From Tubulanus polymorphus (taxonomy: Eukaryota; Animalia; Nemertea), in the NCBI RefSeq assembly GCF_964204645.1, contig NC_134027.1, positions 16,950,560 through 17,014,559 of the forward strand: a stretch of 64,000 nucleotides of DNA. The letters run 5' to 3'. The notes beneath the pieces are model-generated. The model was not told the DNA's origin. It made no database searches and worked only from the letters and a program-made list of their open reading frames with translations. The translations under genes and the position numbers were made by a program. Within the stretch, counting starts at the first letter, position 1. Every line of letters begins with the position of its first letter. This document shows, piece by piece, positions 1 through 11,282 of this stretch.

Positions 1-279
1 CAACTTATTGTTTTTTCATTTAAATCTTTTTGATTTCTATTCACGCTATTGGTTAACAAGAATTGACTAGAATTCAAATAGATTTAATAAGAAATTAAAT
101 AACTTTAACTGTTAGTACCACTCTTGTATTATTTCATTGTTTCTCTAATTGAATAAGCCAACCAACTAATATCACTCTTGTATTATTCTAGTCAAATGTA
201 AAGAATTACAATATCTTGAATGAATTAAAACATAAATTACTTCTGTGACTTCATTTTCAGAAATAAAGCATAATATATA

Positions 280-354
280 TTTAATACATTAATACGTATT
301 TAATACATTAATACGTATTTGATACGTATTGAATACGTATTTAATACATTGATA
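280..354. repeat. Short tandem repeat (TAATAC(G)TATT-like units)
   Basis: About 7 degenerate 9-11 bp units visible. Confidence 0.7.
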
Positions 355-504
355 CCACAAACCCCCTTTTTTAACATAAGTATAATTTACTCATTTTCAT
401 ACATTTCAACTAAAATATTTTATATTTTCAGCTAATTTAACAGTCGATTTCTTATTTTGATTCATATAATTTTTCATCAAGTTCATGAATATACATGTGA
501 TTCC

Positions 505-756
505 TTAATGATCTTTTATTTTATATCTTTTATTACATATTTCACAGCATATAATATTATTCAATCTATCTGAAATATAATTCATATTTTCTATTAATTC
601 AGCGTATCTTATTTTACAAGAATCATAAAATTCTAACAACTGTTTTATACTATAAATTGAAAAAGAAAGTAAACCTGAAATCATAATAATTGATTTAATA
701 TTGTGTTGATTTTTATATATTAGATGTAATATTTCAAATACCTTATTTTCACTCAT
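505..756 (-). CDS. Hypothetical protein with hydrophobic segment and C-terminal CxxC
   Basis: 83-aa ORF in a compact same-strand gene array. Confidence 0.4.
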   Translation of the reverse strand: MSENKVFEILHLIYKNQHNIKSIIMISGLLSFSIYSIKQLLEFYDSCKIRYAELIENMNYISDRLNNIICCEICNKRYKIKDH

Positions 757-803
757 TTTTGTAGTTAAAATATATAGAATAAATTAAATTAAAAGGTGCT
801 GGT

Positions 804-1025
804 CTAATCCTCTAATTCTTTTAAATCATTAACTTTTTTATTGTTATTCTTTCTGTGATTGTTTCCATTTAACTTCTTTATCTTTTTACTCGATTTATTA
901 TTTTCAGTCATCAAATCTTTTGAAATATTCTTATAGTAAAAATATAATGCAGCCAATATTAATCCTCCAGCAACTAAATAATGTTTCAAATCACTTTTCC
1001 GAGTTGGAATGCTGGAATCATCCAT
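804..1025 (-). CDS. Small single-pass membrane protein
   Basis: 73 aa, TM segment YLVAGGLILAALYFYY; TAAATAAATG start as in the Polinton genes. Confidence 0.55.
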   Translation of the reverse strand: MDDSSIPTRKSDLKHYLVAGGLILAALYFYYKNISKDLMTENNKSSKKIKKLNGNNHRKNNNKKVNDLKELED

Positions 1026-1247
1026 TTATTTAAGAAAAAAATTAATGAATTGATAAATATTTAATATTTTAGAAATATTTAACTTTCATAAGTTTCAAAT
1101 CAGATAACAATTAAACTTACTACCTAACAGTTATTCATTAACTAATTTCTCAATGCTATAACTACTATATATTTGAAACATACAGCTTAATCTTATTTCA
1201 ATATAGAATTATTATTCTTTTCATATTCGATATGTTTGATAATGTTT

Positions 1248-1847
1248 TTATTTATGTGATTTTAAATATTTGCCACCACAATAACCATACACTTTTTCTT
1301 TAGGATTGAATTTTCTAAATTCATCATCTAAATTCCATTGAACTGCAACATCTTTGAATGATTTTTCTAATTCATATTGAATTCCAATATTTGATGAATT
1401 TTCATTATAGATAATTCGTTCATTATCAAAATTGAAATAATATAATTGTCTTTTTTCAATTCTTAAGTTAATCAAATCATTGTAATCTTTAGCAAGTATT
1501 ATATCACTTTTTCTTTCATTGAAAGGAGTTTTAAGAATATTTATTACTTTTTCATCTAAAGTTCCTTTAAAATTTAAAACTGTATTAAATATTTTAGGAT
1601 TTTTAACACCATTATCAAAAGTATCAATTAGTTCAGTAATTAAATATGTTTCATTTGATGATATTTGATTAATCAGAGTAATGTTATCGATTTTATAATG
1701 TCTTGCGGACACTAAATTTGTTGCTGAAATATAATTTCTAATGTTAAACCGTGAAAATAATTTATTGGTTTCTTTTATTTCGATTTTGAATTTAGGTTTT
1801 TCTTTTTCTTTCTTCATTTTTATAACAAAACTTCCATTAAAACTCAT
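1248..1847 (-). CDS. Hypothetical protein (family C element)
   Basis: 199-aa open frame in very AT-rich DNA; internally deleted homologous DNA at ~58398-58545. Confidence 0.55.
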   Translation of the reverse strand: MSFNGSFVIKMKKEKEKPKFKIEIKETNKLFSRFNIRNYISATNLVSARHYKIDNITLINQISSNETYLITELIDTFDNGVKNPKIFNTVLNFKGTLDEKVINILKTPFNERKSDIILAKDYNDLINLRIEKRQLYYFNFDNERIIYNENSSNIGIQYELEKSFKDVAVQWNLDDEFRKFNPKEKVYGYCGGKYLKSHK

Positions 1848-2074
1848 TCAAATATAAGTATTCAATGTTAAAATATGAATTATTTCAATCACACTTTGCT
1901 CACACTTTTATATTCTTTTAATTATCCATTTATTTTACTTATATTTTTATTCGAAATCTGTTAAAATATGAATTATTACTCACACTTTACTCACACTTTT
2001 ATGATTAATATATAATTCATTTTAAAATATATGAAATACATGTAAATAATGTTCATTTATATGAAATTATTAGG

Positions 2075-2344
2075 AGTAATAGGGAATATGTTGTTTCAAG
2101 TCAGAGGGAGAGAGGTTGAGTGACATCGACCTCTCGACCTCTGATTTGAAACAACATATTCCCTATTACTAGCGTTAATTAATATATAATCTATTTTAAA
2201 ATATATGAAATTCATGTAAATAATGTTCATTTATATGATATTATTAGGAGTAATAGGGAATATGTTGTTTCAAGTCAGAGGGAGAGAGGTTGAGTGAGCT
2301 CGACCTCTCGACCACTGACTTGAAACAACATATTCCCTATTACT
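2075..2344. repeat. Two tandem 96-bp hairpins (2075-2170, 2249-2344), period 174 bp
   Basis: AGTAATAGGGAATATGTTGTTTCAA...TTGAAACAACATATTCCCTATTACT occurs twice, with duplicated upstream flank. Confidence 0.9.
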
Positions 2345-3329
2345 AACGCTAAATCGGCTATTAGGCGTAGATTAAATGCCTGTATTACTTGTAGGAAACA
2401 AAGGGCTAAGGCTGTAGGACAAAAGATATCTGACCTACAAGAAGATAGGGTTACTCCGAATTACCACCATTTACAAATGTGGGGATCGATTGCTTTGGGC
2501 CGTTTCTCGTCAAACGGGGCGGGCGCAAGTTAAACGTTACGGTTGTTTGTTTACGTGTCTCACCTGTCGGGCTATTCACATCGAAGTTTGCCATTCTACC
2601 GATTCATTTATTTGTGCACTCCGTCGGTTTATCAGTCGACGCGGTAACCCCTTACGTATCAGGAATGATAATGGTACAAAAAAGGCGGTATCCGAATGGA
2701 ATCAAGATCAAATTCACAAGTTCCTTTTGCAGCGTGAAATTGAATGGGTTTTTAATCCACCAACTGCCTCACACATGGGTGGTGTGTGGGAGCGAATGAT
2801 TAGATCGGTGCGCGAAATTTTAAGTTGCATATTAAGTGAACAAATCGTAGATGACAAAGGGTTGAGTACCTTGTTCTGCGAAGTGTAATGTATTGTAAAC
2901 GGGCGTCCACTTACTGCATCGGATGAACCCAACGATTTAGACGCACTATCACCTAATCATTTGCTCTTACTTCGATATGGGCCTGATTTACCACCTGGGA
3001 AATTTACGGATATTGAGAATTATTCGCGAAAACATTGGCGCCAAATTCAATATCTCGCTGACGTGTTTTGGCGTAGGTGGTCAGCAGAATATTTGTCGCT
3101 ACTCCAGAAACGTTCAAAATGGTTTGAGTCACGTAAAAACCTCTCGGTTGGAGACTTAGTCTTAATTGTGGATAATCAAGTCTCACGAAGTTTATGGCCT
3201 ATGGCACGTGTACTGAACACATACCCAGATAAAGAGGGTCACGTTAGAAAAGTGCGTGTTAAAACAAAAAATGGTGAGATTATACGACCCGTCCATAAAT
3301 GTGTTTTCTTGGAAGGTTGCGAAAAGTAA
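2345..3329 (+). pseudogene. BEL/Pao retrotransposon integrase, 5'-truncated and frameshifted
   Basis: CITC zinc motif, [20 protein letters not shown]-like and [11 protein letters not shown] motifs; C-terminal FWRRW..EYL...WP.ARV...G.VR.V domain. Confidence 0.92.
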
Positions 3330-3426
3330 ATTTAAGACGTTTTCGCTCGTTGAATTAATAGTAATTCACGTTTCCACGAGTTTCATTTGATTAAATTCCC
3401 TTTAATTAATTTAATGAGGCCGGGAA

Positions 3427-3898
3427 TGTGAAGTCAATGTATATGTTATATGTAAAGTATTTGTTTGTATAAAGTGTAACGGTAGTTGGTCGTTCTTTTG
3501 TTCGTTCTCTTGTCAGTATTCCAGTATTCTGTAGTATTGTGTTGTATTGTTGTTGTTGTCTGGTATTGTTATTTTCCCGCCTCAAAGTTTATTGGCATAT
3601 CCGTTTCCGGGTTGCGCCCGCATTTTGTGTAATATTTTTGGCACTTGGTCGTTAGAGCTACTCGGAGTATCAGTGCTTGTCTGTGTGCTTGCTATATTGA
3701 AATCTCCCTCAGTCGTCATTGTAAGTTTTGTGCAAATTTATATGAATTAATTACGGTAACTGTTTAGAACATTTCCTACCCTTATAATATTTGTTTTTGT
3801 AGAAACGTGTAATATTCGTCGTTTATTTTTGTCGTCGTAATTTGAAAATAAATGCATCAATGAGAAGTATCGACTGACTTCGTTTGTCATTTGCAACA
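3427..3898 (+). repeat. 3' LTR of the BEL/Pao relic
   Basis: Follows PPT-like GAGGCCGGGAA; TGT...ACA ends; Polinton B sequence resumes at 3899. Confidence 0.75.
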
Positions 3899-4198
3899 AA
3901 CAATAAATAACAGAATAAAACCAACAAAAAAACAATTTGAAATAAAAAAGTTAGTCGATGTTACAAAAGAAACTGAACACAAAATGTTGAAATTAGAAAA
4001 GATAAAAACTAAATATTGAGAGAAAGTAACAGCAAATTTAAGCTACTGTAATGTTAGTACAACGCGAGAATTTAAAGTATTTTTACCTGATAAATGGGTT
4101 TTATTGAGTACAGAGGAATTAAAAGATTTAGAAGGATTTAAAATAATCTACCATGGAAAAATGAAGACAGGCATCATGATTTAGAAGTTGTTGACTAA
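3899..4198 (+). pseudogene. Decayed copy of the 108-aa Polinton B small gene (26892-27218)
   Basis: Near-identical DNA with a stop and frameshift; 5' end cut by the BEL LTR. Confidence 0.85.
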
Positions 4199-4309
4199 AT
4201 AATTAAGAAATAAAAAAATTAAAAAAAAATTAAGTATCAAGAATCCGAAATCCTTTATCTGGACAATTCAATTGCTCCGCGTAGATAGAAAATCAATTTC
4301 ATAAAATCA

Positions 4310-6050
4310 ATTTCATCTTCTTTTGTCATAACTCTTTTATTTTCGTTTAATAATTTTGCAAAATCATTTTCTATTTCAATTATTTTATTACAAAATTCAT
4401 TTACTACATCTTCACCTCTAAAAGAAATATATTGACTTTCATATAATTCAGGATAATTTGATTTTATATAAATTCCATAAGCAGCAGCTCTTTGATGAAC
4501 TTTTTTGATTTTATTTATTCAACGATTCAAAATCCCCATAAATTACATATGGAACAATATTTTTGAATTTATGATGATATATATGAATTTAAATGAATTT
4601 CAACTTACAATCTTTTTTTGTTGGCATTATTAATTTGCAAAAATCTTTATTATCACATAATTCTTTATGTCTTAGTAACCATTGTCAGTCATAAATTTAG
4701 ATAAACATTTTCTACATACATAAATTTTACGACGGTAATCACTTTTTGTTGTTCTAAAGAATAAATCAATTTGTTTTAACCACATATAATGTTCATTTTC
4801 TTTGTAATCTTTTTTGTAATATAACAAATCTATAACATTTTCATCATAATAATATTCTGTTAAATATAAAGCTTCTAATGTATAATCTTTAAAATTTTCA
4901 CCTTTTGTCTCTGGTAATTGCATTAATTTGAATACATTTATTTTTAAATTATGAACTTTTTCCATTTTAGGAATAATTTTTATAGTTACAGGATATTGAT
5001 CAATTTTATATAATGCTTCATATTTCCGGTAATATATTATTCTAAAACTACGCGTAATATCTTCTGTTGGGTGTAAACAACTAATAATTGACCATAGAAA
5101 ACATATATTATCTTCATTTTGAACATTTATTACTGCTTTTGTTGTAAATGGTAATTTAATATAAGATGATCCTTTAATATCCTCCTTTTCTGTTGTAAAG
5201 TTTGAATCATTTTTAAACATTTTATTATTTTTGATGTTTTATTTCTGTTTGTATTATAAACATTTAAATCTAAAAATATAATTTCATTTAATGATAAGCC
5301 AGAACCTTCAAAATATCTTTCCTCAATATGATGTTTAAATTCATTAAATATTTTTTTCTAATTTCTCTTTTATTTGTGTTTTTGAAATTATTCCTTCATA
5401 GTGTGTTTGAATATTATAATCCATTTTTTCTTCTGATTTAATAAAACTTACTTTTCCAGAAATACTAATTTTTGGATATTCAACATCTGTTACCAAATCT
5501 AGTATTTTTTCCTTGATTTCAATAAATTTACTATAATCTTCTATTGTTGTACCTTTAAAAAATCTAAATATAATAGCTGCCGGACCAATTTTACTACGTA
5601 ATGTTTCTAAAAAAACAATTGTATCTTTTATTTCTAGTGAATCGATATAATTTCTAACATTTTCCATGTAAGGTTTATTTGAAATAGATTTAGTGTTTGA
5701 AACTGGTTTTTTTTTACTTGTTGAGGTTTATCATCAAAATAATCTGTTTCTAAAACATTATTACTTAAATTTTGTTTGTGTTTTTGCGATTCGAGGTGTC
5801 TTTCATAATTCCTTTTTGCTATAAATTCATTACAAACTTCACATTTTATTTCATCCACATTCATATTTTCTAATTGTTCTTTTCTTTCATTGGAATTTTC
5901 TGGAGTTTCAAAATCTATACCATTGTTTATATGATTTGCAGTTTTTCATGACGAGATTTATTAGATTTATCAATGTATTTTTTACAATATGTACAATTAT
6001 ATTGATTTTTATTAACATCATTTTTTTCTGTCTGGAACTCTATCTCCCAT
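4310..6050 (-). pseudogene. Polinton B pPolB N-terminal fragment (Zn fingers, vOTU-like region)
   Basis: ORF pieces 5634-5864, 5344-5667, 4672-5220 match 48996-50713; VINVQNEDNICFLWSI motif. Confidence 0.88.
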
Positions 6051-8606
6051 TTTATAAGATAAAAAAATTACTTGTGGTGATGAGTGGTGTGTCGTACTCT
6101 CGTACTCTGGTATGAAACCCGACTTTTACAATTACTTATATCTATGTACTTTTTAGAATCATTCCTTGATTCAAATAGAATTTTAACATTCTATAATGTA
6201 CTACATAATTATATTTATCTTCCTGAGTCACCATTAACTTATCTGTATGAATATGATTTCCAGGTTAAATTCTTTTTTGATAATTTGATAATTCTTTATG
6301 TGTTACAGTTTTATGTTCGGGACAGTATGCTTGATTTCTAGATTTAATGTTTCCTGTTTTCAGGATATTCTGAATCTACAACAAAGAAGTAACCAGTATC
6401 TGAAACATCTGAAATATCTAGAATTCTTTTCTTCCAATCAAATTTATCATTATTTTCATACTGTAAAACTTCAGTTATTTGAAATACTCAATAAGGTTGT
6501 GGTTCCATCATTGCCCAACCATATAGATTATTTGCATCTATATATAATAACTTTAATAGTGTAAATTGATCTATATTTGTTAACAAATCCACTTTTATAT
6601 CTGTAAATTTTAAACCACAATCCCAAGTTAAACCTGGACTAGAATAACAATGACATGGATCAATATTAAAATATTTTAGATGTACATCTCTAAACCTTTC
6701 AAATATATCAGTTAATAATAATACATCTGATTTTAGATATAAATCTACTAATTGTCCATTATTTATTATTTTGAAATGATTCCAAATATTCAATGATCTA
6801 TTATAAACTTCATCTTTAACATATTCCGCTCTTAATTCATCATAGAATTGTTCTTTTAATAATTCAATTATATTGAAATCATTATGATTTTTTATAAAAT
6901 GAATATGGAATCGCACCTTTATATCTCATTAATTGAAAATCATCATTATTTGGGTAATGTTGTTTTAATATTTTTAATTCATCATCAACTAATGATTTAG
7001 ATAAATTATCTAATGAACTACTGAAAAATCTATATGAATCTATAAATCTTAGACATCCAAATTGGAAAGATATATAATTCTCAGATGTTTTAGCTAACAT
7101 TTTAGATCTATAAGTTGGTATCTTACCTTTTGATCTATTTAAATTCAATCTTTCTATTTCATTATTGATTTCATCTATTTTATGACATAACTGTTTGATA
7201 AATAAATGTGCATCATACCCTGATAAATTATAAAATATAACTGGAACAGAATTGATTTTTTAGCTTTTAAGTTACAATTGTCATGCGCAGCACCTCTAAA
7301 CGTTCCATACAAATGATCATGATCTCTAACTTTTTTATCTTTAAAATTAAATAGATTTTCACAATAATAACATATATCTGCAAACTCAAATTCGTCTTTA
7401 TCTTCTTCTGTCATTATAATTTCTTTATTTGTATCTAATAGTTTACTAAATTTAATTTCATATTTAATTAACAAGTCACAAAAATAATTAATAACATTTT
7501 CATTTCTATAATTATAATATTCACTTCAATATTGAATCTTTTTAATAGTATTTGTTATTGGCGGGGCTGAAAAATCATTTTCATTAGAATTTAATTTCTT
7601 TCTTCTATAATATATTTCTTTTCTATCTTGATCAGTTAATTCTTTATTGAGTGATTCAAAATCTCCATATATTACAAATGGTACTTTATGTTTGTAATCA
7701 TATTTTTTTAATTCTAATACTTTATCCTTTTCATTTGGTAAAACTAAGTTACAATAATAATGATTTTTACATAATTGTTTATGATTTAATAATGTACTTT
7801 CAGTTCTAAATTTAATTATATATTTTCTACATAGATATATTTTATTATTAAAATAATTTTTGGATTTGAAAAATAAATCAATTCGTTTAATCCACATATG
7901 ATGATTTTCATAATATAATATATATATATAACACCATTTTAATCATAATCTTTTGATAAATACAAAGGTTCTAATGTATAATGTTTTATATTGTTACCTT
8001 TTGTATTTGGTAATTTAATTAAATCGAATACATTTATTTTTTAGATTATTATCGGTTTCTATTTTTGGAATATCTTTAATTCTAACTGGATGACTGTCTA
8101 TTTTATAATTATTTTCAAATGGTATATAATTTGTTAATCTAAAATTATGTGTATTATCTTCTGTTGGATGTAAGTAACTAATTATTGACCATAAAAAACA
8201 TTTTTCATCTTCATTTTGTACATTTATAACAGCATTAGTTTTAAATTGTAGTTTAATATAACTTGACCCAATCATATTATCATCTTTATAATATGATACA
8301 TTTTTTTCATCAATTGGTTTTGATTTAGTTAATTTATTATATTTTGTATTGTACACATGTAAGGTCATAAATATTATTTCATCAAATATTAAACCAGATC
8401 CATTAAAATATTTCTCTTCTATTTTACTTTTTATTATAACATTTATTTAATTTATCATCTAAATGCTGTTTTGAAATAATATGTTGTGAGTGAGAATTTA
8501 TATTATATATTGGTTTATCTTCAGATTTTATAAATTTAACTTTAACTGATATACTAATTTTAGGGTATTCTACGTCTGTAATTATCTTTACAATATTTTT
8601 CATATT

Positions 8607-11081
8607 CAGGGTTTTCTGTTATTTCACAGAAAACCCTAGTGATATCCGCGTGATTATTATTATTATTATTATTATTATTTTCTTCCACACTATTTTTACT
8701 AAAAGAACAAAGGCTTTGTTACCTTGCCGCTGTTGTCGATACAATCCGTCTGATATCATTCAGCTCACTTCGATCTACAAATACCCCGTGCTTATTTTGA
8801 AGAATCATCGTTACAAAAGCACTGTCGGGCCGTAAACATCGAAAATTGAGCCGCATTCAAAGAGCCGACATGTTTTTCTAAGTCCTCTATCCGAAATCTA
8901 CCGCACGTTTCTTGTCACATCAATTATCAATTCAAGCATAAATTAACAAATTTATTACCCAAAGATTGCACATTCTGTTGCAGTTTTTAAAAACTAATTT
9001 TAATAATAGCACATTTTCCTCATCAAATCGTATTACCGATATACAGGAAATTTACTACTTTAGATTTTAAAAGCACTGTCGAGCCGTAAACATCGACGAA
9101 TCGACGTGTGTCACTACATCGTCGTTCCGGGCATCAGCTGCGAGTTTCACCTCATCATGAGAATCAAATCGAGTACAAATTAATTTATTACTACCAGTGA
9201 TTTGGCTGCGGGCGTCATGCAGTTAGTTTAGCAATACCTATTTTTCTTTATCAAATTAACCGTGTATTTACTAGATAAATCATAAGTGTACCGGGGAGTC
9301 GTAGGCCTAAACGAAACACGCCGAAGAGATATAGCGGAGAAAAGCTGTTATGTCGACGAGGTATCAAAATAAAAGAATATATTACTTTATTCGGCCGCGG
9401 GCTTCAACCTCTATATCAATACCATCAATACTCTATATTTCCTACAGTACATACCGATCATTGTCAAATGCACAAGGTATTTACTAAATACAAGTATATA
9501 ACACAATCCTTTCCGTATGCTGGACTCGCACTTGACATTCGGAGTAAGCGTTCGCTGTGGGGGAAAGGGATCGTTCGCTGTGTCGCTTGAAGTGTTTATC
9601 GAGTTTGACGCGGCTTTAGGCCTACCGGTACTGAGCTTTACTGTCTCAAACAAACACAGTATAATTGTTGCGTTTATTAACGGACTCATTGGATTGAACT
9701 TCAAAACAAAGTCTACGATATTTAGGTGGGTTGTTATTCAATAGGCCTACGACCAATCTGTCCGGATGTTAGGCCTACGCATATACATAGGCCTACATAG
9801 GCTAGTAGCCTATACTAGGTTAAGCCGCGGACACACTGGGCGATTTCGTCCGCCGACGAAATCGCCGCCGATTTTATGACCGATTTGATCGCCGACAGAC
9901 CCGGACACACTGGGCGATTTCGGCGAAATCGGCGCACAGCGCCGCTTATTTTGAAACGACCAGCTACTAGCGCCACCTTTAATAAATCAAAGAGCCGTGA
10001 TTGGCTGGTTAATACAGCACTCGAGGCAACTGATCGCCGTACCCGGAAACACTGGGCGATTCTGTCGCCGGCAATTTCGTCACGATATGTCGACATATTC
10101 ATGTCGACTTGACGCGATATATCGCGATATGTCGACATAAATATGGCGACTTGTCGAGTTGGAACGCGACAACTCGAGGCCCTTTATCGCTTCCGTACTT
10201 CTGTATATATGGGACCCGTACCAAACCGTCGCGACCTTTTATCACGACGAAATTATGTCGAACAAACGTGATATATCGCGATTTACCGACATAATTAAGT
10301 CGATATATCGTGTTAATATCACGATAAATCGTTATACGGATCACGCCTTTCACCAATGTCGACGTCTGTATCTCAACATAACCGCGTACCGTCGACATAA
10401 TTATCACTCCTTTAGCTAAAATGTCCCGATACGTATGGCAATTTATTGAGACAATATCGCAAAAAATCGACATAAAAATCACGACATTTTAAATAAGGTC
10501 GTCCTAGTTACATCGATATATTGAGATAGTTAACCTAATTTCAATAAGGGGACGCATACTTAATGATGTTTAATGATGAATATGAAAGAAGAAATGAAGT
10601 TGGCGGAAAAATTAAAATGACTTTATCATCACCAGAATCTGGTGGACATATTGAATGTTGGGGTTCAAGTAGAATAACCCCCAAATGCTGGGGCACAATA
10701 ATAGTGTTCGGTACATGGTCGATGAACTAAATAGGTCATTCGCATCAATACTTTGTCACAATTGATTTGCGGTATATTTTGGATTACTGTGTATATCATT
10801 TGTCAGGACATTACACAGTAGACGACTTAGGATACTACCTAGCGTGACTCCACTAGTTAGACCGACTTATTCCAAGATGAGGCGTTCCGTTGATTTTGGC
10901 TATAAGTTTTCGTTCAGAGAAAACTGCTGAGCCATTTCGGCGACCTATCATTGATACTGTTTCCTAATAACGTGTTTAGTTAGTAATGGCTGGTGTTGTG
11001 CCTTATCAAATGCTTTGTCGAAATCCTCCGATGAACAGGATTCAAAGACAGCAGAAAACCCGTTATCGCTGCTTTGCATCT
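8607..11081 (+). mobile_element. Helentron-associated non-autonomous element (HINE/DINE-like)
   Basis: 5' CAGGGTTTTCTG..CAGAAAACCC inverted repeat, (ATT)n microsatellite, 3' CAGAAAACCC subTIR plus short GCTGCTTTGCATC stem-loop; inserted at ATATT/TT within pPolB. Confidence 0.65.
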
Positions 11082-11282
11082 ATATTTTCTAAATGTTTTT
11101 TATTTTCTTCTAACGTTTTTGACCTTTATGAAATTTAAATTCAATTGCGGCTGGTCCTATATCACTTTTAAATGCTTCAGTTATCTCTATTTCTGTTTTA
11201 TTATCTAATAAATTAATATAATTTCTAACATCTTCCATGTATGGTCATTTATTGTTTAATTTATTTTTTTATCCTTTTAATT

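Larger units (their letters stand above)
1..2344 (-). mobile_element. Terminal part of a third Polinton-related element (family C) with doubled terminal hairpin
   Basis: Ends in CCCTATTACT (AGTAATAGGG terminus, as in Polinton A); AT-rich compact minus-strand ORFs, one with a TAAATG start; abuts BEL integrase sequence at 2345; decayed second copy at 58398-58790. Confidence 0.5.
3899..6136 (-). mobile_element. Internally deleted Polinton B copy inserted into a Polinton A pPolB
   Basis: TIR variant at ~6046-6136 matches 50709-50798; homologs of the B pPolB N-terminus and the B small gene; A-type pPolB resumes at 6137 (TATATC...). Confidence 0.85.

Noticed and set aside
2019-2344. CRISPR-like repeat-spacer array (also considered for 15500-16300 and 29170-29400)
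   Set aside because: Whole units are duplicated including the would-be spacers; no cas genes; eukaryotic context
8650-8835. ORF beginning with poly-Ile
   Set aside because: Translation of an (ATT)n microsatellite
9411-10482. Cluster of overlapping short ORFs on both strands
   Set aside because: GC-rich palindromic repeats depleted of stops; no protein motifs
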